Below, one piece after another: positions 18,242 to 26,068 of a stretch of DNA of 64,000 nt. Source of the stretch: Chloroflexota bacterium (GTDB lineage: Bacteria; Chloroflexota; Dehalococcoidia; Lucifugimonadales; UBA1127); the NCBI GenBank assembly GCA_026713825.1, contig JAPONS010000069.1:26082-90081 (forward strand), given 5' to 3'. The position numbers and the translations under genes are program-made. The notes under the pieces are model-generated. The model was not told the origin of the DNA. It made no database searches and was given only the letters and a program-made list of their open reading frames with translations. Each line of letters opens with the position of its first letter. Position 1 is the stretch's first letter.

Positions 18242-18670
18242 CTAATGGCCGGTATCGTCGAAGGGCTGCTCCTTGATGATACCCTCGTTCAGCAGGGTGG
18301 TGACGAGGGATGCCGCGGCCCGGTAGACGGCGCCGACGGTGGAGTCGTCCTCGCCGCGGTGGTCGCCGTGCATGCGTTCGCCGTGCAGTCGGAGGAGGCA
18401 GGCGCGGGCGCCGCGGCCGGGGTAGGTGACCTCGACCTGCAGGGGGCCGACGAGGGCGATGGCCTCGAGGAGGCGCTCGACGTCGATGACGGAAACCCAG
18501 AGCTTGCCGAGGCAGCGGGGGCAGGAGCCGTTGGGGCTGTAGGGGTCGCGGAAGTCCTCGCGGCCGGTGCCCTGGCAGCGGGGGCACCAGTCACGCAGGC
18601 CGTCCAGCCACCGGGCGACGTAGTCTGCCAGGGCGGGGATGTCCGCCGTTGTGGGGTCTGCGTAGACCAT
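18242..18670 (-). CDS. hypothetical protein with DnaJ-type CxxCxGxG zinc-finger motif
   Basis: Motifs CPRCQGTG and CPRCLGK. The start was chosen at MVYADP, after GAAGGGA. Sits 58 nt upstream of the NYN gene on the same strand. Confidence 0.4.
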   Translation of the reverse strand: MVYADPTTADIPALADYVARWLDGLRDWCPRCQGTGREDFRDPYSPNGSCPRCLGKLWVSVIDVERLLEAIALVGPLQVEVTYPGRGARACLLRLHGERMHGDHRGEDDSTVGAVYRAAASLVTTLLNEGIIKEQPFDDTGH

Positions 18671-19088
18671 TGCCGGGTCCCTTCCGGCGGCCTGACGCGG
18701 CCGCTCAAGGGTATTGTACTCCACTCGCCAATGGGGGTTTATTCAGGCGGCGCATTTCCGGCCAGCCGTGCATACCCAATGCCAGAGGCGGGAGCGAATC
18801 AACGAAATGCCTTATCCGAGAATCAATGTGTATCTGGAATTGCCAGTTTTGGATACGGATTGTTTTCCAAGACAATTCATAGCTGTTTTAAGAACTCAAA
18901 GTCCATGTTGGATGCGCGAGACTCATGTTGTGCAGTGCACTGTCCATGCGCAAAGGGTAGCGAGAGGCGGGGCGCTCGGGCAAGGGGGTTGTGGCAGGGG
19001 GGAGGAACACGCATTTGCGCTGGGAGTACCGTTCACTCCTTCGAGAACCTCAGCTTAAGTGGGCAAGTATCTCGTTACCCCAAGAGAC

Positions 19089-19361
19089 TCACCTGTCTTT
19101 TCCTTCGGACCACATGGCAATGAGGAGGGCTTTGAACTGATCACCAATGGGGTCCAGCCGGTCCTGATGGGCAAGACTCGTGTCGAGGTCTTCGGCTACG
19201 TCATTTACATGGAAGTCACCGCCCGGAGTAGCGGACAGCACCACTATGGCCCCGTCATTGGGACGCAGGAACGTTATCGTCAATTGGTCAAATGCACTGG
19301 GGCGAAAACCCAACCGGCTCATGGCGGTCAAGAGAATGGTACGGGTGACGTACTCGGGCAT
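19089..19361 (-). CDS. hypothetical small protein, weakly HicA/YcfA-like, without an obvious catalytic His
   Basis: RLGFRP...FLRPNDGAIVVL loosely parallels the HicA LGF...HxxxxxP.G..vvvp layout. Its start overlaps the stop of the HicB-like gene. Confidence 0.3.
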   Translation of the reverse strand: MPEYVTRTILLTAMSRLGFRPSAFDQLTITFLRPNDGAIVVLSATPGGDFHVNDVAEDLDTSLAHQDRLDPIGDQFKALLIAMWSEGKDR

Positions 19362-19738
19362 CAGGCGGCAAACGCCAAGATTCGCTCGTCGTCCCCTTCC
19401 CTGCCGCCCGCCAATACATGCCCGTGAACGCCGCCATCCAAAACTGATAGTGGCGTTGTCGAAGTGACTCCCGTGTCTTCATAAGCGGGGAAGTTGTCCG
19501 GGTAGTCGTCTTCCCACCACCATGCAACGCCTGAGTTCCGAAGGATGCTCTCCAGCTTGCCGTGCTCCCGGTAAGCCCGGATGGCGACGTTGAAGTGACG
19601 CTTCAAGCTGTCGACGGCCTCGTCCTGCGTCTTACCATAGGCGGACATGCCCAGCTCGTGGCAGCGAGCTGCGAAGTAGTCTCGATCTTCATGGTAGTAC
19701 AACCGGCACGTAAGGCTCACGACAACTCTAGAATCCAT
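19361..19738 (-). CDS. HicB-like (UPF0150) antitoxin-fold protein
   Basis: From the internal Met: DSRVVVSLTCRLYYHEDRDYFAARCHELGMSAYGKTQDEAVDSLKRHFNVAIRAY, a HicB-like N-terminal fold pattern. Confidence 0.55.
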   Translation of the reverse strand: MDSRVVVSLTCRLYYHEDRDYFAARCHELGMSAYGKTQDEAVDSLKRHFNVAIRAYREHGKLESILRNSGVAWWWEDDYPDNFPAYEDTGVTSTTPLSVLDGGVHGHVLAGGREGDDERILAFAA

Positions 19739-20182
19739 AGCTTGGTCCCCTGATGTGTGCTCTATGTAAAGTATAGCACTTGTCCAGTCCCTCTCCCAAG
19801 AGTCGGCTACAGCAAGCCTGTGAGATGACCTCATCAGGTTGTCTTTGGAGCAGATGGACTGACCGAGAGGGTGGATCACATGCATCTTCGCAGACTCGCC
19901 GGGTTACTCACTAGTAGCGCACGGGCATGCCGCCATGCTGCTTGCCCTAGGTCTGGCTGCAGAGTCGCTTCGGGTGCGGTCAAGACAAGTTGATGATCAC
20001 AGAACAGCATTGATGATGCACAAACGCGTTTGGCGTGTATAGGTGAGTGACAAAGGCTGGAGGGAGCGAGGGCTCTGGTGTCTCCTCTGCTCCTGCGATT
20101 CTGACCTGGCGTTGATGTGCAGTGGGGCCGCAATGGCGGTGAGCCGGGCACGGTACGAGGGAGTTTCCGCCGCAAGGGGTGT

Positions 20183-20290
20183 TCCCGCCTATCGGCGGGA
20201 CGGGCGATTCGCGAATCGCCCCTACGAGCGGGCGGGGGCGCCTCACCCGCCCCACCCTCTGGATTCCTGCCCCCGTATCGGGGTACGGGG
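20183..20290. repeat. cluster of four GC-rich hairpins 3' of the SDR gene
   Basis: The hairpins are TCCCGCC-TATC-GGCGGGA, a perfect 20-bp palindrome GGGCGATTCGCGAATCGCCC (20202-20221), GGGCGGG...CCCGCCC, and CCCCGTA...TACGGGG. Confidence 0.5.
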
Positions 20291-20351
20291 CATGCTTCGC
20301 AGGAATGACGATGAGGGGTTAGGCCTTCGCGCTGGGCTGGCGACGGGGCTG

Positions 20352-21203
20352 TTAGATCCGGCTGAAGCCGCTGCCGGGTCGCTCGGCACCCCAGCCGGCG
20401 CCCTGCTCTATCACCCCGTACTCCAGGAGGAGCTTCTGGCTGTAGGTGACCGTGCCGTTGACCTTCTCCGGCGGTTCCGTAGCCAGCAGCAGCGTAGCCC
20501 GGGCCATCCACTCCGGCGGCTCCCCGTTCTCGTCTCCAATGTAGCGTGCGCCGCGGTGGAAGACCGCGCCGGCCGTGGAGACGAAGATGGAGGGAGCAAG
20601 GGAGGTCACGGCGATGTTGTCATCTTTGACCTCCTCCGCAAGCCCTTGGGTGAACCGCTCGAGGGCGGCCTTGGCGGCGCCGTAGCCGGCGAAACCAGGC
20701 AGGTTTACGGACTGCTGAGGGTACGGAGCGCTTCCCGGTCCGACGGCCGAGCCTGAGGAAATATTGACGATAGCGCCGCTCTTGCGCGGGACCATGTCCG
20801 CCAGCACGGCCTGGCTGAGGACGAAGGGCGCATGCACCATGATCTGAAAGCTGCGGAGCCATCTGCTGTATGGGAATTTGTGGACGTGCTGGAGGACCGC
20901 AAGGGCCGCATTGTTTACGAGGACATCGACGGGGCCGTAAATGCGGCGGGCCTCGTCCACCACGCGGCGGCACTCGGCAGGGTCCGTGAGGTCGGCGGGC
21001 AGCGCGGTGGCCTCGCCGCCCGCCTGGCGGATGGCTGAGACAGTGCTCTCCAGCGAACCCGGAAACGGGTGGCTGCCCTCGGTCAGGGTCCGGGCCACGC
21101 AGAGGATGCGGCCGCCCTCGGCGGCGACGCATTTGGCGATGGCTTCACCGATGCCCCTGCTGGCGCCGGTGACGATGACGCTCTTTCCGTCCAACTTGCC
21201 CAC
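20352..21203 (-). CDS. short-chain dehydrogenase/reductase (SDR), paralog 1
   Basis: Motifs KLDGKSVIVTGASRGIGEAIA (TGxxxGIG), NNAA and YGAAK (YxxxK). The only in-frame start after the upstream stop is GTG 21203, preceded by GGAGG-N6. Confidence 0.85.
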   Translation of the reverse strand: MGKLDGKSVIVTGASRGIGEAIAKCVAAEGGRILCVARTLTEGSHPFPGSLESTVSAIRQAGGEATALPADLTDPAECRRVVDEARRIYGPVDVLVNNAALAVLQHVHKFPYSRWLRSFQIMVHAPFVLSQAVLADMVPRKSGAIVNISSGSAVGPGSAPYPQQSVNLPGFAGYGAAKAALERFTQGLAEEVKDDNIAVTSLAPSIFVSTAGAVFHRGARYIGDENGEPPEWMARATLLLATEPPEKVNGTVTYSQKLLLEYGVIEQGAGWGAERPGSGFSRI

Positions 21204-21253
21204 GATGTGCCTCCACGCAGAAGCGCCGCCCGTCGCGTGTCGAGCGGCGCGGG

Positions 21254-22156
21254 CTAGATCTGGCTGTAGCCGCTGCCGGGGCGGTCTACGCCCATACCTA
21301 CGCCCTTTTCTATGACGCCGTGCTCCAGGAGGATCTTCTGGCTGTAGGTGACCATGCCGTTCATCTTCCCGGCGGGCTTCGTGGCGAGGAGGAGGACGGA
21401 TTGGGCCATCAACTCCGGCGGCTCGCCGTTCTCGTCGCCGATGTAGCGGACGCCCTTGTGGAAGACCGCGCCGGCGGTGGGGACGATGATGGAGGGGGAG
21501 AGGGCCGATACGGCGATGTTGTCGTCGCGGACTTCGAGGGCGAGGCCCTGGGTGAAGCGTTCGAGGGCGGCCTTGGCGGCGCCGTAGCCGGTGACGGCGG
21601 GCGCGTCGGGGGAAGGCGGCGCGTAGGGTGCGCTGCCCGGGCCCCTGGCGGCGCTGGAGGAAATGTTGACGATGGCGCCGCGCTTGCGGGGAACCATGTC
21701 CTCCAGCACGCACTGGCTCAGGACGAAGGATGCGTGGACGATGATCTGGAAGCTGCGGAGCCAACTGTCATAGGGGAACTCCGCAACGGGAAGGAAGACG
21801 GCGAGGGCGGCGTTGTTGACGAGGACGTCGACGGGGCCGTAGATGCGGCGGGCCTCATCGACGACGCGGCGGCACTCGTCGGGGTCGGCGAGGTCGGCGG
21901 CCAACGCAGTGGCCTCGCCGCCGGCCTCGCGGATGGCGGCGACGGTGCCCTCGAGGGAGCCGGGAAATGGGGTTTCCGCCTCGCCGGGTCGGCCCTGGTC
22001 ACGCATGTAGGTGGTCATGTCGTGACTGCCCTCGCTGAGGGTGCGGGCCACGCAGAGGATGCGGCCGCCCTCGGCGGCGAGGGTCTTGGCGATGGCCTCA
22101 CCGATGCCTCGGCTGGCGCCGGTGACGATGACGCACTGTCCGTCCAACTTGCCCAC
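21254..22156 (-). CDS. short-chain dehydrogenase/reductase (SDR), paralog 2
   Basis: Same motifs as paralog 1. GTG 22156 after GGAGG-N6 mirrors paralog 1. The ORF track allows an ATG at 22204. Carries an extra about 19-aa insert (HDMTTYMRDQGRPGEAETP). Confidence 0.85.
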   Translation of the reverse strand: MGKLDGQCVIVTGASRGIGEAIAKTLAAEGGRILCVARTLSEGSHDMTTYMRDQGRPGEAETPFPGSLEGTVAAIREAGGEATALAADLADPDECRRVVDEARRIYGPVDVLVNNAALAVFLPVAEFPYDSWLRSFQIIVHASFVLSQCVLEDMVPRKRGAIVNISSSAARGPGSAPYAPPSPDAPAVTGYGAAKAALERFTQGLALEVRDDNIAVSALSPSIIVPTAGAVFHKGVRYIGDENGEPPELMAQSVLLLATKPAGKMNGMVTYSQKILLEHGVIEKGVGMGVDRPGSGYSQI

Positions 22157-22268
22157 GATGTTCCTCCACACGAAATTGCCGCGCCTTTGAGACGGCGCGG
22201 CCATGGGTTGCGGTTTGGCTCACCGGGAAGCTACATGACGGGGTGCGGCGCGTCAAGGGACGGGGGAG

Positions 22269-22457
22269 CTAGGGGAAGTCTCGCATGGCGCGATAGACGC
22301 CTTCACTGGTGATGGGCCCTGCGTCCGGGTCCACGTCGAAGACTCCGGGGCGCCTGGACTGCCGCCCGCTCCGAAAGCCACTCCCGGCCAACTCCGAGAG
22401 GGCTCTGCCGAGGCTGATTCCCTGCTGCTCAGCCAACGCTCGGGCCACCGCGAGCAC
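22269..22457 (-). CDS. orphan RHH/VapB-like antitoxin remnant
   Basis: The frame reads (S)TVTIDDDVLAVARALAEQQGISLGRALSELA, a typical ribbon-helix-helix antitoxin N-terminus. A stop lies just upstream with no canonical start before TVTIDDD, and there is no toxin gene downstream. Confidence 0.4.
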   Translation of the reverse strand: MLAVARALAEQQGISLGRALSELAGSGFRSGRQSRRPGVFDVDPDAGPITSEGVYRAMRDFP

Positions 22458-22566
22458 ATCGTCATCTATGGTTACGGTTGAGCATCATAGAATCAACGCA
22501 CCATCCAGTCCAGTAGAGCTGCAACCCGCGTTTGCGTTACTGGGGCCGGCACTGAATAATCCCGTC

Positions 22567-23205
22567 ATGGCAGACGAGCATAATCAGGACCTCGAGGCGA
22601 CGACGCCGGATGGTGACGCACCGCGGGGGCGGCGGTCGGCGTTGGCGGACTGGCTGGCCGCCAACGAGGCAGCCACGCGCGTCGCCATCCTGGTGGCCGC
22701 CGGGGCGACGATGGCGATCGGCACGTTCCTGTGGGCGACGGGGCGGCTCGACGTGCAGAACGCCGGGTACGCGGGCGCGCTGGTGATCAACCTGATCGGC
22801 TCGGCGACGGTGCTGATTCCGGTGCCGGGGCTGGCGGTGGTCTGCGGTGCGTCCGCCGAGCAGGCGGCGCTGAACCCGTTCCTGCTCGGGATGGCGGGCG
22901 GCGTTGGGTCGTCGGTGGGCGAGCTGAGCGGGTACCTTGCGGGGTACACGGGAAGGTCGCTGCTGGAACGCTCGCGGCACTACGCGCGGATCCACGGATG
23001 GGTGCGGCGGTACGGCGGGCTGCCGCTGTTCGTGCTGTCGGTGGTGCCGAACCCGGTGTTCGACGTGGCGGGGATAGCCGCGGGGTCCCTGGGGTACTCT
23101 GTCAGGCGGTTCCTTTTCTACGTGCTGGCGGGGAAGCTGGTGAAGTACGTGGCCGTGGTGTATGCGTGCCGGTCGGGGATCGACTGGCTCGTCGGGCTGG
23201 GGTGA
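22567..23205 (+). CDS. DedA/VTT-family (YqaA-like) membrane protein
   Basis: Internal start MADEHNQ. Multiple TM segments and a GELSGYLAGYTG motif. Confidence 0.6.
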   Translation: MADEHNQDLEATTPDGDAPRGRRSALADWLAANEAATRVAILVAAGATMAIGTFLWATGRLDVQNAGYAGALVINLIGSATVLIPVPGLAVVCGASAEQAALNPFLLGMAGGVGSSVGELSGYLAGYTGRSLLERSRHYARIHGWVRRYGGLPLFVLSVVPNPVFDVAGIAAGSLGYSVRRFLFYVLAGKLVKYVAVVYACRSGIDWLVGLG

Positions 23206-23346
23206 CGCCCGGGCCGGAGACGAATCATGCAGGTCTCGCTGGACTCATTCAGGTCTCAATAGAGTTGCATGTGTTGACCATATGGGGGCGTCTTGCCAGC
23301 CCGCCTGAGGCCCAAGCGATGGAAGATGAAGAGGCAAGGTTGCGTG

Positions 23347-23421
23347 TGGCTCCCCGGGTAGGACTCGAACCTACGACCAATCGGTTAACAGCCGATCGCT
23401 CTACCACTGAGCTACCGGGGA
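23347..23421 (-). tRNA. tRNA-Asn (anticodon GTT), CCA encoded
   Basis: The reverse complement TCCCCGGTAGCTCAGTGGTAGAGCGATCGGCTGTTAACCGATTGGTCGTAGGTTCGAGTCCTACCCGGGGAGCCA folds as a cloverleaf. The anticodon loop is CT-GTT-AA. Confidence 0.9.
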
Positions 23422-23467
23422 ATTGCAACGGACCGCGAGGGGCGGCCCAATCGTCATTCTAGCACCC

Positions 23468-24382
23468 CTACGTCTCCGCCTTCAACCGCGCACGGCCTCC
23501 GGTGAGGGTGGTGAAGACGCCCACGAGCACCAGCGCTCCGCCGGCCACGCTCGCGACGGGGGGCGCCTCGTCGAGGACGGCCCACGCCAGCAGGCTCGCG
23601 CCGACGGGCTCGGCCATGACGGCCGTGGCGACGAGGGTCGCGGGGAGGTAGCCGAGCGACCAGTTGAGCGACGAGTGGCCGACGAGCTGCGGCAGCAGCG
23701 CCAGCAGCATGAGCCAGCCGTAGACCTCGACGTCGAAGCCTGTGAGCCGCGAGCCCGTCGCGAGGGCGGCCGCGACGAGGATGACGGCCGCCGCGCCGTA
23801 GACGGGCGCGATGTAGCCCAGGATGCTGAGGCGCTCGCGGAGGCTGCGGCCCGCGATGTAGTAGCCGGCAACGGCGACGGCGCCAAGGAAGGCGAGGAAG
23901 TCGCCGAAGAGCCGCCGGTCGCCGAGATCCCAGTCGCCCACCGCGATGACGACGACGCCGGCGACCGCGACGGCGATGCCCGCGAGCACGCGCGGCGAGC
24001 TCCGCTCTCGGAGGAAGAGGGAGGCGCCAATGGCTACCATGACGGGGTTCGACGTGACGATGACAACGGAGCTCGCGACGGAGGTGTGCTCCAGCGAGGC
24101 GATCCAGAAGGCGAAGTGGGCGGCGAGGCAGACCGCCGCCGCGAGGACGAGGCCCCACTGCCGTCGCGTCAGCGACCACAGCGCGCCCCACTCGAACGCC
24201 AGGCCGAGGGGGACGACGACGATCGCCGCCAGCGCGAGCCGGTACGCGGCGATGGTCAACGACGGCGCGTCGGCGAGACGGATGATGACGGCCGCGGAGG
24301 AGACGGCGGATACCCCCAGCGCCAAGCCGCCGTAGACCACAAACGGCGGCGGTTGGCCACCGAGCCGGATCCGGCGGCGCAT
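23468..24382 (-). CDS. EamA/DMT-family transporter
   Basis: 304 aa with about 10 hydrophobic segments in two repeated halves. Confidence 0.7.
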   Translation of the reverse strand: MRRRIRLGGQPPPFVVYGGLALGVSAVSSAAVIIRLADAPSLTIAAYRLALAAIVVVPLGLAFEWGALWSLTRRQWGLVLAAAVCLAAHFAFWIASLEHTSVASSVVIVTSNPVMVAIGASLFLRERSSPRVLAGIAVAVAGVVVIAVGDWDLGDRRLFGDFLAFLGAVAVAGYYIAGRSLRERLSILGYIAPVYGAAAVILVAAALATGSRLTGFDVEVYGWLMLLALLPQLVGHSSLNWSLGYLPATLVATAVMAEPVGASLLAWAVLDEAPPVASVAGGALVLVGVFTTLTGGRARLKAET

Positions 24383-25389
24383 CAGGAGGCCTGAGCCATG
24401 TAGCGGGCCAGCTCGTCACGGGGGAAGCCGGGCAGCTCGCGGACGCCGTTCGACGTGCGCAGCCGCAGTCCGGCCGACGCCTCGGTCACACGGCCGATGA
24501 CCGTCGCGGGGATGCCCTCGGCAGCGAGGGCGGCGAGGACGGCGTCGGTGCGCTCGGGCGCGGCGGCGGCGAGCAGCGAGCCGGAGGCGAGCAGCGCCAG
24601 CGGGTCGAGGCCAAGGGCGCGGCACACGGCGCTCGTCTCCGGCAGGACGCGGACGGCTGATTCGTCCACCTCCAACCCGGCCTTGGCGGCGGCCGCGAGC
24701 TCCGCGAGGCCCGTCGCGAGGCCGCCCTCCGTCGGGTCGTGCATGGCCGTCCCACCCGCCCGCGCGGCGGCCTGCGCGGCGCGGACGACGCTGATGCCCG
24801 GCGCGTCAAGGAGGGCGGCGGCCGCCGAGACCTCGGCCTGCGAGAGGCCAGCGGCGAGGAGGGCGTCCGCGGCCTCGTGCGCGAGGACGGAGGTGCCCTC
24901 TATGGCGATGCCCTGCGTGAGGATGAGAGCGTCGCCGGGGCGGGCGCCGCCGGGCCAGACGACGGTGTCGCGGGTGGCCTCGCCCAGCATCTGGCCGGAC
25001 ACGATGGGGCGCGTCAGGCCGTAGGTAATCTCCGTGTGCCCGCCCACCAGCGTCACGTCGAGGGCGTCGCAGGCTTGCGTGATCTGCTCGTGGATGGCGA
25101 TGGCAAGGCTCTCGGGCGCGCCCTCGGGGAGCAGGACGGTCGCAAGGAACCAGCGCGGCGTGCCGCCCATGCAGGCGACGTCGTTGGCGTTCACCTGCAC
25201 GGCGTACCAGCCGATGCGGTCGGTCGCAAAGGTGACGGGGTCGGCCTTGGCGATGAGGAGGCGGTCGCCGAGCTCGATGACGGCCGCGTCAGCGCCGACG
25301 CCGGGGCCCTGCAGCACACGCGGGTCGGGCTGCGCCGTGCCGGACAACAGCTTCGCGAGGACGTCCGCCGGGAGTTTGCCTACGTCCAC
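24382..25389 (-). CDS. AIR synthase-related protein (PurM/HypE/ThiL superfamily)
   Basis: GVGADAAVIELGDRLLIAKADPVTF and VNANDVACMGGTP are typical of the PurM-like N-domain. Confidence 0.7.
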   Translation of the reverse strand: MDVGKLPADVLAKLLSGTAQPDPRVLQGPGVGADAAVIELGDRLLIAKADPVTFATDRIGWYAVQVNANDVACMGGTPRWFLATVLLPEGAPESLAIAIHEQITQACDALDVTLVGGHTEITYGLTRPIVSGQMLGEATRDTVVWPGGARPGDALILTQGIAIEGTSVLAHEAADALLAAGLSQAEVSAAAALLDAPGISVVRAAQAAARAGGTAMHDPTEGGLATGLAELAAAAKAGLEVDESAVRVLPETSAVCRALGLDPLALLASGSLLAAAAPERTDAVLAALAAEGIPATVIGRVTEASAGLRLRTSNGVRELPGFPRDELARYMAQAS

Positions 25390-25475
25390 CTTGCCTCCGA
25401 AAGTGTGTCTGCGTGGGCCGAGTCGTCTGCGGCTATAATACCAGCGTCAAGCACATCGCATATTGGAGGAACGCT

Positions 25476-25859
25476 ATGCCCAAGACACACGCCAACCCGG
25501 AAGGCATGCACACGCCCACCGGCTACTCGCACGTGGTGAAGGCCGGGGACACGGTCTACATCGCGGGGCAGGTCTCCGTCGCGCCCGACGGCTCGGTTGT
25601 CGGCGAGGGCGACGCGGAGGCGCAGGCGGAGCAGGTGTACCAGAACATGCAGACGGCGCTCGCCCACGCCGGCGCGACGTTCAGGGACGTCGTGAAGACG
25701 ACGACGTACGTGGTGAACGAGGACTGCATCGCATCGACGCGGGCGGCGCGGCTGCGCTACTTCGAGACGGAGCCGCCGGCGTCGACGCTGCTGGTGATCT
25801 CGCGGCTGGCGCGGCCGGAGTTTCTGATTGAGATAGAGGCGATCGCGTACGTGGGGTAG
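25476..25859 (+). CDS. ridA: RidA/YjgF-family reactive intermediate deaminase
   Basis: Motifs GYSHVVKAGDTVYIAGQV, VKTTTYV and IEIEAIA. Start follows GGAGGAACGCT. Confidence 0.85.
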   Translation: MPKTHANPEGMHTPTGYSHVVKAGDTVYIAGQVSVAPDGSVVGEGDAEAQAEQVYQNMQTALAHAGATFRDVVKTTTYVVNEDCIASTRAARLRYFETEPPASTLLVISRLARPEFLIEIEAIAYVG

Positions 25860-25893
25860 GGGGCGCGTCAACGGCTTCGCGGGGAGCGGCTCG

Positions 25894-26041
25894 CCATGTG
25901 CAACGCAGCGTTGCGTATGGCGGCGGGGCACCTCCATGTTAAACGCAGCGTTTAATATGGAGCGGGTTCGGGGTCTATATTAAACGCAGCGTTGTGTATG
26001 GGGGCGTTTTGCCTCTATACTAAACGCAGAGTTTAATACTG
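25894..26041. repeat. array of four 27-bp near-palindromes with a 40-41-bp period (operator- or iteron-like)
   Basis: The units are at 25894-25920, 25934-25960, 25975-26001 and 26015-26041. The consensus is CYATRT-TAAACGC-A-GCGTTTA-RTATGG. The centres are at 25907, 25947, 25988 and 26028. Confidence 0.9.
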
Positions 26042-26068
26042 GCGGCGCCACTCGCCGCAACCGGATGC

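Noticed and set aside
19876-20511. 211-aa minus ORF and 237-aa plus ORF across the hairpin-rich gap
   Set aside because: They have no motifs or start context. They span palindromic non-coding DNA and run into the SDR gene out of frame.
21204-21764. N-terminal extension making a 470-aa ORF 20352..21764
   Set aside because: The extension reads through the upstream SDR paralog in a different frame. The real gene starts at GTG 21203.
23206-23467. tRNA-Asn as an integration site for an island covering 16.5-23.3 kb
   Set aside because: No direct repeat of the tRNA 3' end was found by eye at the far side, and there is no integrase gene. The region between also contains host-like SDR and DedA genes.
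25894-26041. Possible mini-CRISPR array
   Set aside because: Only four units are present. The spacers of about 13 bp are far too short, the repeats are not identical, and there are no cas genes. The units are better explained as phased dyad operator sites.
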